A stretch of 64,000 nucleotides of DNA from an uncultured bacterium (GTDB lineage: Bacteria > Bacillota_I > Bacilli_A > RF39 > UBA660). Positions within the stretch are counted from its first letter, which is position 1, and the number at the start of each line of letters is the position of its first letter. A program made the translations under genes and the position numbers. The notes under the pieces are model-generated. The model saw nothing but the letters and a program-made list of their open reading frames with translations. It ran no database searches and was not told where the DNA came from. Below, one piece after another: positions 18,837-28,217 of this stretch. The stretch covers positions 52,433 through 116,432 of the forward strand of contig CASEYV010000001.1 of the NCBI GenBank assembly GCA_949292245.1, in the 5' to 3' direction.

Positions 18837-19842
18837 CTGTTGCTAAATTAGGTTTGTTAATAATAACAGCATTACCTTCTTCTGCCAACCAATCTGATTG
18901 AACATTTGGAACTGTATTAGTAATAACATTATTTTCAATAGATATACCATAACCTGTTGTTAAATTATCTTGTTTTTCATTTAATGCTGTTTGCATAGCT
19001 ATTGAAATAGGTTTATTAATATCAGAAGTATTGTTTACATTTCCTAATCCTATTTGTTCTTTTGTTACTTTATGAGGATTTAATGTATTTGAAATGTGAG
19101 AAATTAAATCTGATGCTTCTGCTTTACTTGAAATATCAGATTTTAAAGCATATTCATCTAATGTATCAGTTAAATCATTTTTTAATACATAATTGTCTAA
19201 TGAATTTATTGATGCTTTTGTGTCAACTTCTTCTTTTAATAATTCTAAATCTTCCTTAATAGGTTGGTCATCATAATTAGAAACATTAGCTAATCTTTCT
19301 AATTCTGATATAGATATTAATGAATATCCATCAATTTTATCAACTTTTTTATCTAATTCTTCATTTAATTTATCAACAGATACTATATCACCGGTAATAT
19401 CAGACCAAACAATTTCACCTTGTAATACTTTTAAGTATTTTCCTTCTTGGTCTTCAATAGCTGGTATTTTTAATAAATTATTAAAAAATGTATCAACATC
19501 AGATTTAGAATATGTATTATCAATGTCAGCTTTTAAAGCTAAACCATTAACAACATCTTCATATGAAGCATAATTTCCGATTGGTTGAATACCTAAATCA
19601 ATTAAAGAAACATTTCCATTTAATTCAATATTATTAATTTGAGGTTTATTAATAATATCATAATAATTTATGGTGTCAGCAAAATACTCTAAGTTAGAAT
19701 ATGTATCTACACCATTACCTATTTTTATTTTAGTTTTACCATTATCTAAATATTCAATACCCATTTCACCTTTAGCTAATATAGGATTGATTTCATACCA
19801 ATTTTGTGTAGTATCACGTCTAATTTGTATTTGAACTGCCAT
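18826..19842 (-). CDS. tail fiber proximal module
   Basis: N-terminal MAVQIQIRRDTTQNWYEINPILAKGEMGIEYLDNGKTKIKIGNG is the conserved phage fiber N-terminal motif. It also carries the INNIELNGNVSLIDLGIQ module. Confidence 0.65.
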   Translation of the reverse strand: MAVQIQIRRDTTQNWYEINPILAKGEMGIEYLDNGKTKIKIGNGVDTYSNLEYFADTINYYDIINKPQINNIELNGNVSLIDLGIQPIGNYASYEDVVNGLALKADIDNTYSKSDVDTFFNNLLKIPAIEDQEGKYLKVLQGEIVWSDITGDIVSVDKLNEELDKKVDKIDGYSLISISELERLANVSNYDDQPIKEDLELLKEEVDTKASINSLDNYVLKNDLTDTLDEYALKSDISSKAEASDLISHISNTLNPHKVTKEQIGLGNVNNTSDINKPISIAMQTALNEKQDNLTTGYGISIENNVITNTVPNVQSDWLAEEGNAVIINKPNLATVAI

Positions 19843-19856
19843 AATTAACCTTTAAA

Positions 19857-20450
19857 TTAATTTTTTAATATTTCTTCAACTGTAATTAATGCTTCTGCTG
19901 TTGCATAACTATCACAAGGACCTTCAACAACTAATTCTTTTAATTGCCATCCTAAAGGATTACCAGATGGTGTTTTTGTATTATCAAAATAATTTGCAAT
20001 AACATTAAAATCTTCAACTAATGCTTTAGCAATTAATCTTTTAATAGCTTTTGTTCCAATAAAGAATACTCTACCATCTCTTAATTTAACTATTTCTTCT
20101 TCATCGGCATATTCTGAACTATCAACTTGAACCATTAAACCATCAGCTTGTGTATATACTAATTTGAAATTCATTTTTGTTGGAGGAGTTATATGATTTG
20201 CTCCTTCAGTAGTTACTTCAACCAATGTATCTAAACCTCTTTGTAAATTTAAACACATTTGATTAAATCTTACCAATCCACGGGCTTTAATTTTGTATTG
20301 TTCCAATGTTTCACTTTCGATAGGTTGTGTCATTATATCAAAATCTGAATAATCTGATACTTTTAAATTATCTAAAAATCCTTTTCGAGTATCAGAAGAA
20401 CCAGCGGCGTTTGCTATACTAACTTTATAAATTTTTGTTCCTTGAATCAT
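19857..20450 (-). CDS. hypothetical protein within fiber locus (possible fiber-associated/assembly protein)
   Basis: 197-aa ORF between fiber genes; assignment is from context only. Confidence 0.3.
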   Translation of the reverse strand: MIQGTKIYKVSIANAAGSSDTRKGFLDNLKVSDYSDFDIMTQPIESETLEQYKIKARGLVRFNQMCLNLQRGLDTLVEVTTEGANHITPPTKMNFKLVYTQADGLMVQVDSSEYADEEEIVKLRDGRVFFIGTKAIKRLIAKALVEDFNVIANYFDNTKTPSGNPLGWQLKELVVEGPCDSYATAEALITVEEILKN

Positions 20451-20503
20451 TTTATTTCCTTATAAAAATATTTTTATAAAAATATTTATTAGATTCAGAA
20501 TTA

Positions 20504-22612
20504 TTATGCTTGTTCTAAATTTTCTACTCTTGATGTTAATTCAGTTATTGAAGTTTGCAAGTTTGCAACTTGAGTAATTAAATCCGAAATTGCTTGTGCA
20601 ACACTTATTACACCATCACTATTAATAGTAATTGTATCTTCATCTATTTTAACACCACCTAAAGCCGTTGTAGTAGCGATTGGTAAAACGTATTCAGAAG
20701 GAATAGTTGGCAATCCTGACAAATCGTTGTATAAACCGCTGGTCGCAACGGTTGCCAATGAAGTTGTCAAAGTATAATTTGTCAAATTGTTTACAGAATT
20801 TGTGATAAATCCTGAATCGTTATCTAAATCGCTAACTTTTGTTGGAATGGTTGGCTGATTACTTAAATCATTATATGAACCGCTTGTTGCTACATTAGCT
20901 AAATTCGATGTCAAAGTATAATTTGTCAAATTGTTTACAGAATTTGTAACAAATCCACTATCATTGGTTAAATCACTAACTTTTGTTGGAATAGTTGGCA
21001 ATCCTGACAAATCGTTGTATAAACCGCTGGTCGCAACGGTTGCTAAAGACGATGTTAAAGGATAATTAACTAAATCATTAACTTGATTTGTGATAAAACC
21101 TGAATCATTAGTTAAGTCCGAAGTATTTTCTGGTAATTCTGATTTAAGAGCATAATCACCAGTTGGTTGAATACCTAAATCTGCCAATGATTTATTGCCT
21201 GTTAATTCTATTGAATTAATTTGTGGTTTATTACTTAAATCATTATATGAACCGCTTGTTGCTACATTAGCTAAATCAGTTGTATTCGCTTTCAAATTTA
21301 AAGCGTTTTGAACTGCAGTTGAAATGGGTTTATCAGCGTCAGAAGTATTATCAACATTACTTAATCCGACTTGAGCTTTTGTAACATTATGTGGGTTTTC
21401 AGTATTTGTTGTATGAGTTGTTAAATTTGTTTGGATTGTTTGTTCAGCATTTTGAGCTCTTGTTGATTCCAATGATAAATCAGCAGCTAATTCTCCTTCT
21501 GCCTTTTTAGCTCTAATTTCTTCATTAACAATATCCTCATTCAAAGTATGTTCGGCAGCAGTAGCTCTATCTATTTCATTATCAATTTTTGTATCCAATG
21601 TTTGTTCAGCAGAAGTAGCTCTATCTGTTTCATTATCAATTTTTGTATCCAATGTTTGTTCGGCTTGTGTTGCACGATTAACTTCTGCATCAATTTTATC
21701 ATCAATGTTATCAATATTTTCTTGTAAAGTCTGCTCTGCTTGTTGTGCTCTAGTAATTTCATTATCAATTTTTGTATGAAGATTATCAGTAACTGGTTTT
21801 AATGTTGCAGGAGTAACAGGTTTAACAGTATCAGTACCTGTATTAACCTCTGTTTGTGTTGCTATTTCAACAACACCCATACGAGATGTTGTTGCTTCAT
21901 AAACATTAATAGTATCAGTCATTTTATCGGCTTCGGATTTTGTTAAATAAACATTTTTACCAGCCTTTATAGTTCTCTGAATATCAAAATCTTCTAAAGT
22001 TTTTGCATTAATAAGCTCAACACCGTTAATAGATGGTTTATTATATGTCAAATTATAATCAATAATAGCAGTATTAAATTCTGCTGAAATAACATTGTTT
22101 TCAATTTTTATATTTTTACCAGCAGTTAATTCATCTTGTTTTGAATCTATTGCATTAGCAACTGTTATACCATTATGGTCAATATCTTTAGATGTTAAAA
22201 TTACATTGCCTATTTTACCATTAACGGAAGTAACAGCATCGGAATTATCAATTTTTTGCCAAGAATTATCAGTAGCAATTATCCAATCACCTGTTTCAAA
22301 TGACAATCCAAATCTTTCTCCACCTTGTGATACAACCCAATATTGTCCTTTTTTTGATGGAACTAATGGTAATTGTGGATTATTATTTTTAGCATCCCAA
22401 ACTCCTTGAAATTGTAAATTTCCTAATAAAGAATCATCAATTTCTTCTAATGGGACTTTACCATTTTCATTTAAGTGTGCATAATTTCCGGCAGGTTGAA
22501 TACCATAATCAGCTAATGATTTATCACCCTCAACTACTACTTTGTTAATTAAAGGTTTATTAATTAATTCATTATAATCAATATAATTTGTATATTGGAA
22601 TAATTTTACCAT
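20504..22612 (-). CDS. tail fiber protein with coiled 21-aa repeats and three ~42-aa repeats
   Basis: INKVVVEGDKSLADYGIQ and INSIELTGNKSLADLGIQ modules. The IDNEIDRA..AEQTLDTK repeats occur five times. The SDLTNDSGFITNSVNNLTNYTLTS..ATVATSG.YNDLS repeats occur three times. Confidence 0.7.
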   Translation of the reverse strand: MVKLFQYTNYIDYNELINKPLINKVVVEGDKSLADYGIQPAGNYAHLNENGKVPLEEIDDSLLGNLQFQGVWDAKNNNPQLPLVPSKKGQYWVVSQGGERFGLSFETGDWIIATDNSWQKIDNSDAVTSVNGKIGNVILTSKDIDHNGITVANAIDSKQDELTAGKNIKIENNVISAEFNTAIIDYNLTYNKPSINGVELINAKTLEDFDIQRTIKAGKNVYLTKSEADKMTDTINVYEATTSRMGVVEIATQTEVNTGTDTVKPVTPATLKPVTDNLHTKIDNEITRAQQAEQTLQENIDNIDDKIDAEVNRATQAEQTLDTKIDNETDRATSAEQTLDTKIDNEIDRATAAEHTLNEDIVNEEIRAKKAEGELAADLSLESTRAQNAEQTIQTNLTTHTTNTENPHNVTKAQVGLSNVDNTSDADKPISTAVQNALNLKANTTDLANVATSGSYNDLSNKPQINSIELTGNKSLADLGIQPTGDYALKSELPENTSDLTNDSGFITNQVNDLVNYPLTSSLATVATSGLYNDLSGLPTIPTKVSDLTNDSGFVTNSVNNLTNYTLTSNLANVATSGSYNDLSNQPTIPTKVSDLDNDSGFITNSVNNLTNYTLTTSLATVATSGLYNDLSGLPTIPSEYVLPIATTTALGGVKIDEDTITINSDGVISVAQAISDLITQVANLQTSITELTSRVENLEQA
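20690..21110. repeat. about 126-bp tandem DNA repeat, 3 copies, inside fiber gene
   Basis: Near-identical copies are visible, e.g. the recurring segment ggcaatcctgacaaatcgttgtataaaccgctggtcgcaacggttgc. Confidence 0.6.
21480..21790. repeat. about 63-bp tandem repeat, 5 copies (coiled-coil repeats of the fiber)
   Basis: The segment tgtttgttcagcagaagtagctctatctgtttcattatcaatttttgtatccaatg recurs. Confidence 0.55.
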
Positions 22613-22616
22613 ACTA

Positions 22617-22928
22617 TTATCCTTGCAAAATACCTAAATCTTCTAAAACTTCTATACCTGTAAGGATAATATCTGTTGCTTCACCACGACAATATATATA
22701 TGATGGAATAACTTCAAAAGAAGCAAAACCAGAAACATTATGGTTAACTACTGGTAAACACATTTCATCAATTAAAGTTGGAGCTATATCAGCATTTAAG
22801 CCATATATATTGACTTTACCATTAACCATAATGTTTGGTTCAATTTGTTGGTTGGCAACTAAACTATTTAATTTTCTTACTCTATATAGTCTATTTGGAA
22901 CTATTCTAAATTGATATTGTTCAAGCAT
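22617..22928 (-). CDS. hypothetical protein
   Basis: 103-aa minus-strand ORF. It is preferred over the overlapping low-complexity plus ORF 22588-22914. Confidence 0.3.
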   Translation of the reverse strand: MLEQYQFRIVPNRLYRVRKLNSLVANQQIEPNIMVNGKVNIYGLNADIAPTLIDEMCLPVVNHNVSGFASFEVIPSYIYCRGEATDIILTGIEVLEDLGILQG

Positions 22929-22957
22929 ATATATCCTTTAAGTATATCTAATGATAT

Positions 22958-23722
22958 TTACTTAATTTTTCTTATACTTGGATTCAAGTTTTTAATATTT
23001 TTATTAAAAATAATATTATATGCTCTATCAATAATTTTACTATATTTTGCAATATTTTTATTATTATGAATAATTCCTTCTTTTAAAGACATATATGAAT
23101 GCTTACCAATTTGAATTGTTAATTGTCTTTTATCAATCCATTTTGGTCTTTTAGAATCATATAGCAATGGTGTTACAACATAATGTTGTAATTTGAATTC
23201 TTTTGCTAATTGTCTATGTATTGGATTATTATATAGTTCTAAAGCCAAACGCTGTGCTTTTTCCCATGCAATTTTTTCACCATACAATTTAACATTTGGC
23301 TTTGGTATAATATTACCATTTGTCCAACAAAATTGCCATCTGTCAAATATAATATTGCAGAGATTATGCTCATTTTTCACCAAAGTTAGAGGATAATTAC
23401 CACTTTCATATCTATTAAAAACAACATATGTAGTAGCAATTTGGTCTTTCACCGATGAACCACGAGCTTCGTGGTACATATTTAAAGCAAGGCATACCAC
23501 ATCTTCCTGCTTATCTTTCCTCAACTTCTTTACTTCGGTTAATATTAAATCTTCTTTTTCAAGAGTATTTAATATTGTTATTTTCTTTTGTGTTTGCAGG
23601 TCACTTATCTGAACATTACTTTCCATTTTTGTTACTGCTTTTGTCTGACTAGCAGATTGAGCGGTATATGAAAAGATACATAAAGATAAAACAACAAACC
23701 CAATAAATTTCAATATTCTCAT
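22958..23722 (-). CDS. secreted cell-wall hydrolase, SleB/Hydrolase_2-like domain
   Basis: Signal peptide MRILKFIGFVVLSLCIFSYTAQSAS. CLALNMYHEARGSSVKDQIATTYVVFNRYESGNYPLTL...QFCW matches the SleB-type motif (IY.EARGE...Q.AVA.VV.NRV.S..FP.T......QFS). Confidence 0.55.
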   Translation of the reverse strand: MRILKFIGFVVLSLCIFSYTAQSASQTKAVTKMESNVQISDLQTQKKITILNTLEKEDLILTEVKKLRKDKQEDVVCLALNMYHEARGSSVKDQIATTYVVFNRYESGNYPLTLVKNEHNLCNIIFDRWQFCWTNGNIIPKPNVKLYGEKIAWEKAQRLALELYNNPIHRQLAKEFKLQHYVVTPLLYDSKRPKWIDKRQLTIQIGKHSYMSLKEGIIHNNKNIAKYSKIIDRAYNIIFNKNIKNLNPSIRKIK

Positions 23723-23850
23723 ATAACCTTTTTAAGTTGTTGTAAATCTATTTACCATTTTTATATTAAAAAAATCATATTGTCAATATATAAAATAATT
23801 CATCAAAAGGGTAAATATTATTATAATTTACTCTAAAGTATAGGAAAACC

Positions 23851-25038
23851 ATGGAAAATTCAATCAATTTTTTACATCCAATCGATATGTTAAAATCTTC
23901 CACTGATGGAAAATTATATAAAAAAATTGAAAACAGTTGGAAAGAAATATCTAATGTTTTATATAAAAGTGAAAAAAAATTACCTACACCTGAATTAGGT
24001 AATAAAGGCGATTATTATGCAAAATATTATAGAAAATATAATTTCTTTTTATATTCAGAAGATTTTACACAAAATGCTTGGAATAAAGTTAATTGTAATT
24101 TAAATAAAGAATCAACCATAATGTTTCCTTATAATGCTTCAACAAAATTAACTGCTACAACAGAAGTATCACAACATGGTTTAGAATACTTATTTTATAA
24201 TGAATTAAGAACTCCATATACATTTAGTTTATATGTTAGAAAAAACGAAATTAGACATATATCTTTAATTTTATCTGAACAAGATGATAATTATGGATAT
24301 AGAATGAAAGCCAATTTAATTAACAATACTGTTTCGCATGAGCAATTTGGAGAAACATCGGATATTAGTAATGGCTCTGCCAATATTGAAGAAATAGATG
24401 AAAATGTTGTCAGAATTTGGGTAACCGCTCAATTTAAAACTACATTGATATTAAAAGCATCTATTAAATTATTAGATGAAGATGAAAATTATGAATTTTC
24501 AGTTCCTAATGAAACATATGGATTATTCATAAATGGTGCTCAATTAGTCCAATCATTAAAACCTGAAAGTTATATTTTATCTAATGGTAAATATGCTACT
24601 GCATTAATGTTGGAAGATTTATATTGTAAAAATGAATCTTGGAAAAAAACAAGTAACAAAGTAATTTATTTAAACAATGGTTTAAATAATTCTTACGGTG
24701 ATAATGGTGATATTGCTTGTTTAGATGCTATAATAACATTTAAACCTTTAATATTAGCTGGTTCATCCGATAATATTAATCGTTGGCATAGACCAGTTGG
24801 AACTTTACATTATAATAAAAATAAAGATAAATGGTATGTTACAACAAAACGTGGTGATTATTCTTTAGAATTTTTAAAACCAAAACCAAGATATAAAGAA
24901 GCTGCCATGGCTATATCATTAAACCAACAAATATATCAAACATATGATAGATATGGTCGTCCATCTTTATTTAAAGGATTTAATACAGGTGGTAATTATA
25001 ATTTCTGGATTAGAAATACTGGAAAAACACGATTATAA
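23851..25038 (+). CDS. hypothetical protein (395 aa)
   Basis: Long plus-strand ORF opening a small plus-strand island. Confidence 0.45.
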   Translation: MENSINFLHPIDMLKSSTDGKLYKKIENSWKEISNVLYKSEKKLPTPELGNKGDYYAKYYRKYNFFLYSEDFTQNAWNKVNCNLNKESTIMFPYNASTKLTATTEVSQHGLEYLFYNELRTPYTFSLYVRKNEIRHISLILSEQDDNYGYRMKANLINNTVSHEQFGETSDISNGSANIEEIDENVVRIWVTAQFKTTLILKASIKLLDEDENYEFSVPNETYGLFINGAQLVQSLKPESYILSNGKYATALMLEDLYCKNESWKKTSNKVIYLNNGLNNSYGDNGDIACLDAIITFKPLILAGSSDNINRWHRPVGTLHYNKNKDKWYVTTKRGDYSLEFLKPKPRYKEAAMAISLNQQIYQTYDRYGRPSLFKGFNTGGNYNFWIRNTGKTRL

Positions 25039-25039
25039 T

Positions 25040-25342
25040 TTATTTAGATAATTCAAGTAATTTCATAAATCTATTTTTATAATCTAAATCAGATTTAGAT
25101 AATGATTCATCACTTTTTGATAGAAATTCATCAAAAATATAAGTTAAATAATTTTTTATTTCTTTATCTGGGTTTTTTATTTCTTTACCAGTATATCCAT
25201 CATTAATTGACGGAATACTTAATTCACCAGCTTTTGTTTTTAAATCATAACATAAAAAATTATCTATAGTTATTTTGAGAGGTTCTTTAAATTTAAATAT
25301 TTTATCTTTATATTTAAATTTTTTTATTGTATATGTTTTCAT
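25040..25342 (-). CDS. hypothetical protein
   Basis: 100-aa ORF. Confidence 0.35.
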   Translation of the reverse strand: MKTYTIKKFKYKDKIFKFKEPLKITIDNFLCYDLKTKAGELSIPSINDGYTGKEIKNPDKEIKNYLTYIFDEFLSKSDESLSKSDLDYKNRFMKLLELSK

Positions 25343-25346
25343 TCAT

Positions 25347-25691
25347 TTAATCCAAATGTAAAATTTTTCTTTTAATTCTTTTTTCAGAAAGGTTTTTTAA
25401 TTTTATCCCTTCAAAACCTTGTAAAATAGAATAATCATTATTGGATAAATGATACTTACAATAATCAAATTGGTCAAAAATATTTTGATAATAAATTGAA
25501 ATTGGCAACATGGGTTCATTTTTCCACCAATTTTCTGCCAATCTTATAAATCTTTCTCTATCCATCGCTTTAAGTTTATCTAAATAATAATAAGATACAT
25601 AATTTTTAGATACTGATTGAATTAAACATACAAATTTTTCATCTGTTTTTTTATTATATATTTCTGTCAAATATGGATATTTTAAATTCAT
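25347..25691 (-). CDS. hypothetical protein
   Basis: 114-aa ORF. Confidence 0.35.
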   Translation of the reverse strand: MNLKYPYLTEIYNKKTDEKFVCLIQSVSKNYVSYYYLDKLKAMDRERFIRLAENWWKNEPMLPISIYYQNIFDQFDYCKYHLSNNDYSILQGFEGIKLKNLSEKRIKRKILHLD

Positions 25692-25725
25692 TGTATTTCC
25701 TTATTTTTTATAAAAATATTTATAC

Positions 25726-25753
25726 TTGACATTTTTGATTTTTTGAATATAAT
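25726..25753 (+). promoter_or_regulatory. near-consensus sigma70 promoter TTGACA-N16-TATAAT
   Basis: ttgaca at 25726-25731, a 16-nt spacer, tataat at 25748-25753, then AGGAG and the ATG at 25786. Confidence 0.5.
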
Positions 25754-25785
25754 AAATTTATACTTAATATTTTAGGAGATTTATA

Positions 25786-26124
25786 ATGACCATCGGTAAG
25801 ATTCTTCATGAAATGCTTGAACAAATTCGTTTTAGTAAACAAAATAAGTTTTTAACGATTAATATGGAAGATATAGCTTTACATGAAGCTCAAATTAAAT
25901 TATCAAAATTTTTAGAAACTGCTTCTGAAAAAGATAAAATAGAAGCATATAAATATGCTCATTTCTTATTAAATAAATGGGCTGAAGAAGGAGAGATATA
26001 CAAATATTTTGATAATAAAACTAAAACTGGTTTTATTATTCAACCATCTGAATCAACTAACATGGTTTTACCAGAACAATATACTCTTGATATTCTTGAC
26101 GAATGTGAAGATATTATAGCATAA
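25786..26124 (+). CDS. hypothetical protein
   Basis: 112-aa ORF downstream of the consensus promoter and SD. Confidence 0.45.
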   Translation: MTIGKILHEMLEQIRFSKQNKFLTINMEDIALHEAQIKLSKFLETASEKDKIEAYKYAHFLLNKWAEEGEIYKYFDNKTKTGFIIQPSESTNMVLPEQYTLDILDECEDIIA

Positions 26125-26138
26125 TAAGGAGAATAAAA

Positions 26139-26474
26139 TTGAGTTCAATAACACTTGGTAATGTTAATTATAATATTTCATTAACAACACAATCTAATGC
26201 TGAATTAGGGGAAGGAAATCGTGGAAGAATTTGGTATGAAAAATTAACAATGTATATTGATAAAAATTTACCAGAAGAACTAAAAATTCAAACATTATAT
26301 CATGAACTTGCCCATGGAATTTGTGAAGAAACATCTTTTAATAGTATGTTAATGGATAAACTTGGTGAAAATGGATATGAAATTTTTATTGATTCGTTAG
26401 GTAAAACAATATATAATATGATTCATATGAATAATATGAATCTAATTGAAGATTATATTAAAAAATCAAAATAA
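26139..26474 (+). CDS. small zincin-like protein with HExxH motif (ImmA/IrrE-like or other minimal metallopeptidase)
   Basis: TLYHELAHGICEE has H-E-x-x-H plus a downstream Glu. Confidence 0.35.
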   Translation: MSSITLGNVNYNISLTTQSNAELGEGNRGRIWYEKLTMYIDKNLPEELKIQTLYHELAHGICEETSFNSMLMDKLGENGYEIFIDSLGKTIYNMIHMNNMNLIEDYIKKSK

Positions 26475-26501
26475 TAAGAATAATTTAGAAACGGATGCCA
26501 A

Positions 26502-26531
26502 AAGAGATAGAATTGCCTTTCTATCTCTTTT
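26502..26531 (+). terminator. rho-independent terminator (aagagatagaa/ttctatctctt) followed by a T-run
   Basis: 11-bp perfect stem, loop ttgcct, then tttg tt. Confidence 0.6.
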
Positions 26532-26576
26532 GTTATATTTATTCAAATAAATATCTTTATAATATAAGGAATAGTA

Positions 26577-27386
26577 ATGCAGGTTGTTAATTTATATATT
26601 AAAAAAAACGTATATTATAATTTAGCTTCAATAAAGTATGGAGATAAAATGAATTTACCAATGTATAATAAAGATATTAAATTATTTAAAGGTATTGAGA
26701 ACAAAATTCAATTTTCAATAAGAGACCATGATAGAAAAGCATACCCATTAAGAGATAAAGAAATATTCTTAAATATAATTAATCAAAAATTAAACACCAA
26801 AATAACTAAAAAATTTTGGTGTTTAGATGCATACAAAGGTTTATATGAAGTTATTTTTTCTGAATCAGAAATGAGAGATTTTGAACCATCAACATATACA
26901 GCAACAGTATATGCAAAAGATTTAGAAGGTAACGAAGATTTATTATATTCAGGAACTGATTGGAATCCAGTTTTCCATATAGAAGTTGTTGATGGTGTTA
27001 TGGATGTATTTAAACCATCTATTAAATTAAATCCACAAGAATTTTTACATAATTTTTATATCAATAAAGAAGATGGACAACGATATGATTATTATGTTTC
27101 ATCAAGATTAAAAGCCGATGAAACTCAATATCATACCGCTTCAATAACTGTAGAAGATTATTTCTTAGGTAAAATAACAATGGAAGGTTCTATGGAACCA
27201 AATCCATTAGATACTGAATCAGATTGGTTTGTAATTGATGAAAAAGAATATACAGATGAAAATAAAGTAAAAGAAGAAACATTTCAATTCAATAATGAAT
27301 TAAATTGCTTATGGGTAAGATTTAAATATACTTTAAAATCTGCTAATTTCCGTGGCAATATTTCAGAAATATTGTATAGAAATTAG
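26577..27386 (+). CDS. hypothetical protein
   Basis: 269-aa ORF. Confidence 0.4.
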   Translation: MQVVNLYIKKNVYYNLASIKYGDKMNLPMYNKDIKLFKGIENKIQFSIRDHDRKAYPLRDKEIFLNIINQKLNTKITKKFWCLDAYKGLYEVIFSESEMRDFEPSTYTATVYAKDLEGNEDLLYSGTDWNPVFHIEVVDGVMDVFKPSIKLNPQEFLHNFYINKEDGQRYDYYVSSRLKADETQYHTASITVEDYFLGKITMEGSMEPNPLDTESDWFVIDEKEYTDENKVKEETFQFNNELNCLWVRFKYTLKSANFRGNISEILYRN

Positions 27387-27628
27387 TATTAAGCAAAAGC
27401 AATTTCTTTGATTTCTTTTTTAACAGCAAAACGAACTTTTTTGTGGTAATGTTTAACCATTTTTTAACAGATTTGTTATCACCAGAACGGCGGTAATCAT
27501 CTTTGAATTCTTCATCAGGTTTAACATCAATAATTTTATAGCCTTTAACCATTGTTTTATCTTTCATATAATTGATTTCAACTTATGAATAGATAATATA
27601 TCAAATAAATTTATTGTCAACTAAAAAA

Positions 27629-28216
27629 TTAATTAAATTTACTCATAGCTACAATAATTGATAGAGCATAAGCTATGGCATGAGATTTTTTGTATTGGTA
27701 ACCGTTATTTTCTTTTAACCATATTTTATCTATAATAGATTCCCAACCATTTTTCAAAACATCGTCTATTAAATATTTTTTTCCTGGACGAATAATGGCT
27801 ATAAACATCGCAAGTTTTTCAACAGAATCAATTAAAGGTAATTGATTTAATAATGTATAATAATTATTAATATGTGGTAATTTCTCAACAATTTCTTTTT
27901 TATATAATAAACCCCAATTTGGTTCTTTATTTAAACTATCAATAATTTCATTACGAGAATTAAAATCATCATAAACAGTATTATGTAAGAAATCTATTTT
28001 AATATATCCTAAATCTTCTTCTGCGTGTTTATAATCTATTGAAGCTAAACCAGATATTCTATCTTGTGGAATATCACACATATATATTCCAACACCATGC
28101 GGAAATATACCTTTTTCATTTATTTTTGAAGCAGGTATATGATGTAGTTTTTCTAACATATCTTCTCTTGATTTTTGTGATATATCTATATCCAAATCTG
28201 GTATAATATATGTCAT
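27629..28216 (-). CDS. hypothetical protein
   Basis: 195-aa ORF. Confidence 0.35.
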   Translation of the reverse strand: MTYIIPDLDIDISQKSREDMLEKLHHIPASKINEKGIFPHGVGIYMCDIPQDRISGLASIDYKHAEEDLGYIKIDFLHNTVYDDFNSRNEIIDSLNKEPNWGLLYKKEIVEKLPHINNYYTLLNQLPLIDSVEKLAMFIAIIRPGKKYLIDDVLKNGWESIIDKIWLKENNGYQYKKSHAIAYALSIIVAMSKFN

Positions 28217-28217
28217 A

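Noticed and set aside
22588-22914. Plus-strand 108-aa ORF overlapping minus ORF 22617-22928
   Set aside because: Low-complexity translation, antisense to the surrounding minus-strand array. The minus ORF ends 5 nt before the next gene, as in the other junctions.
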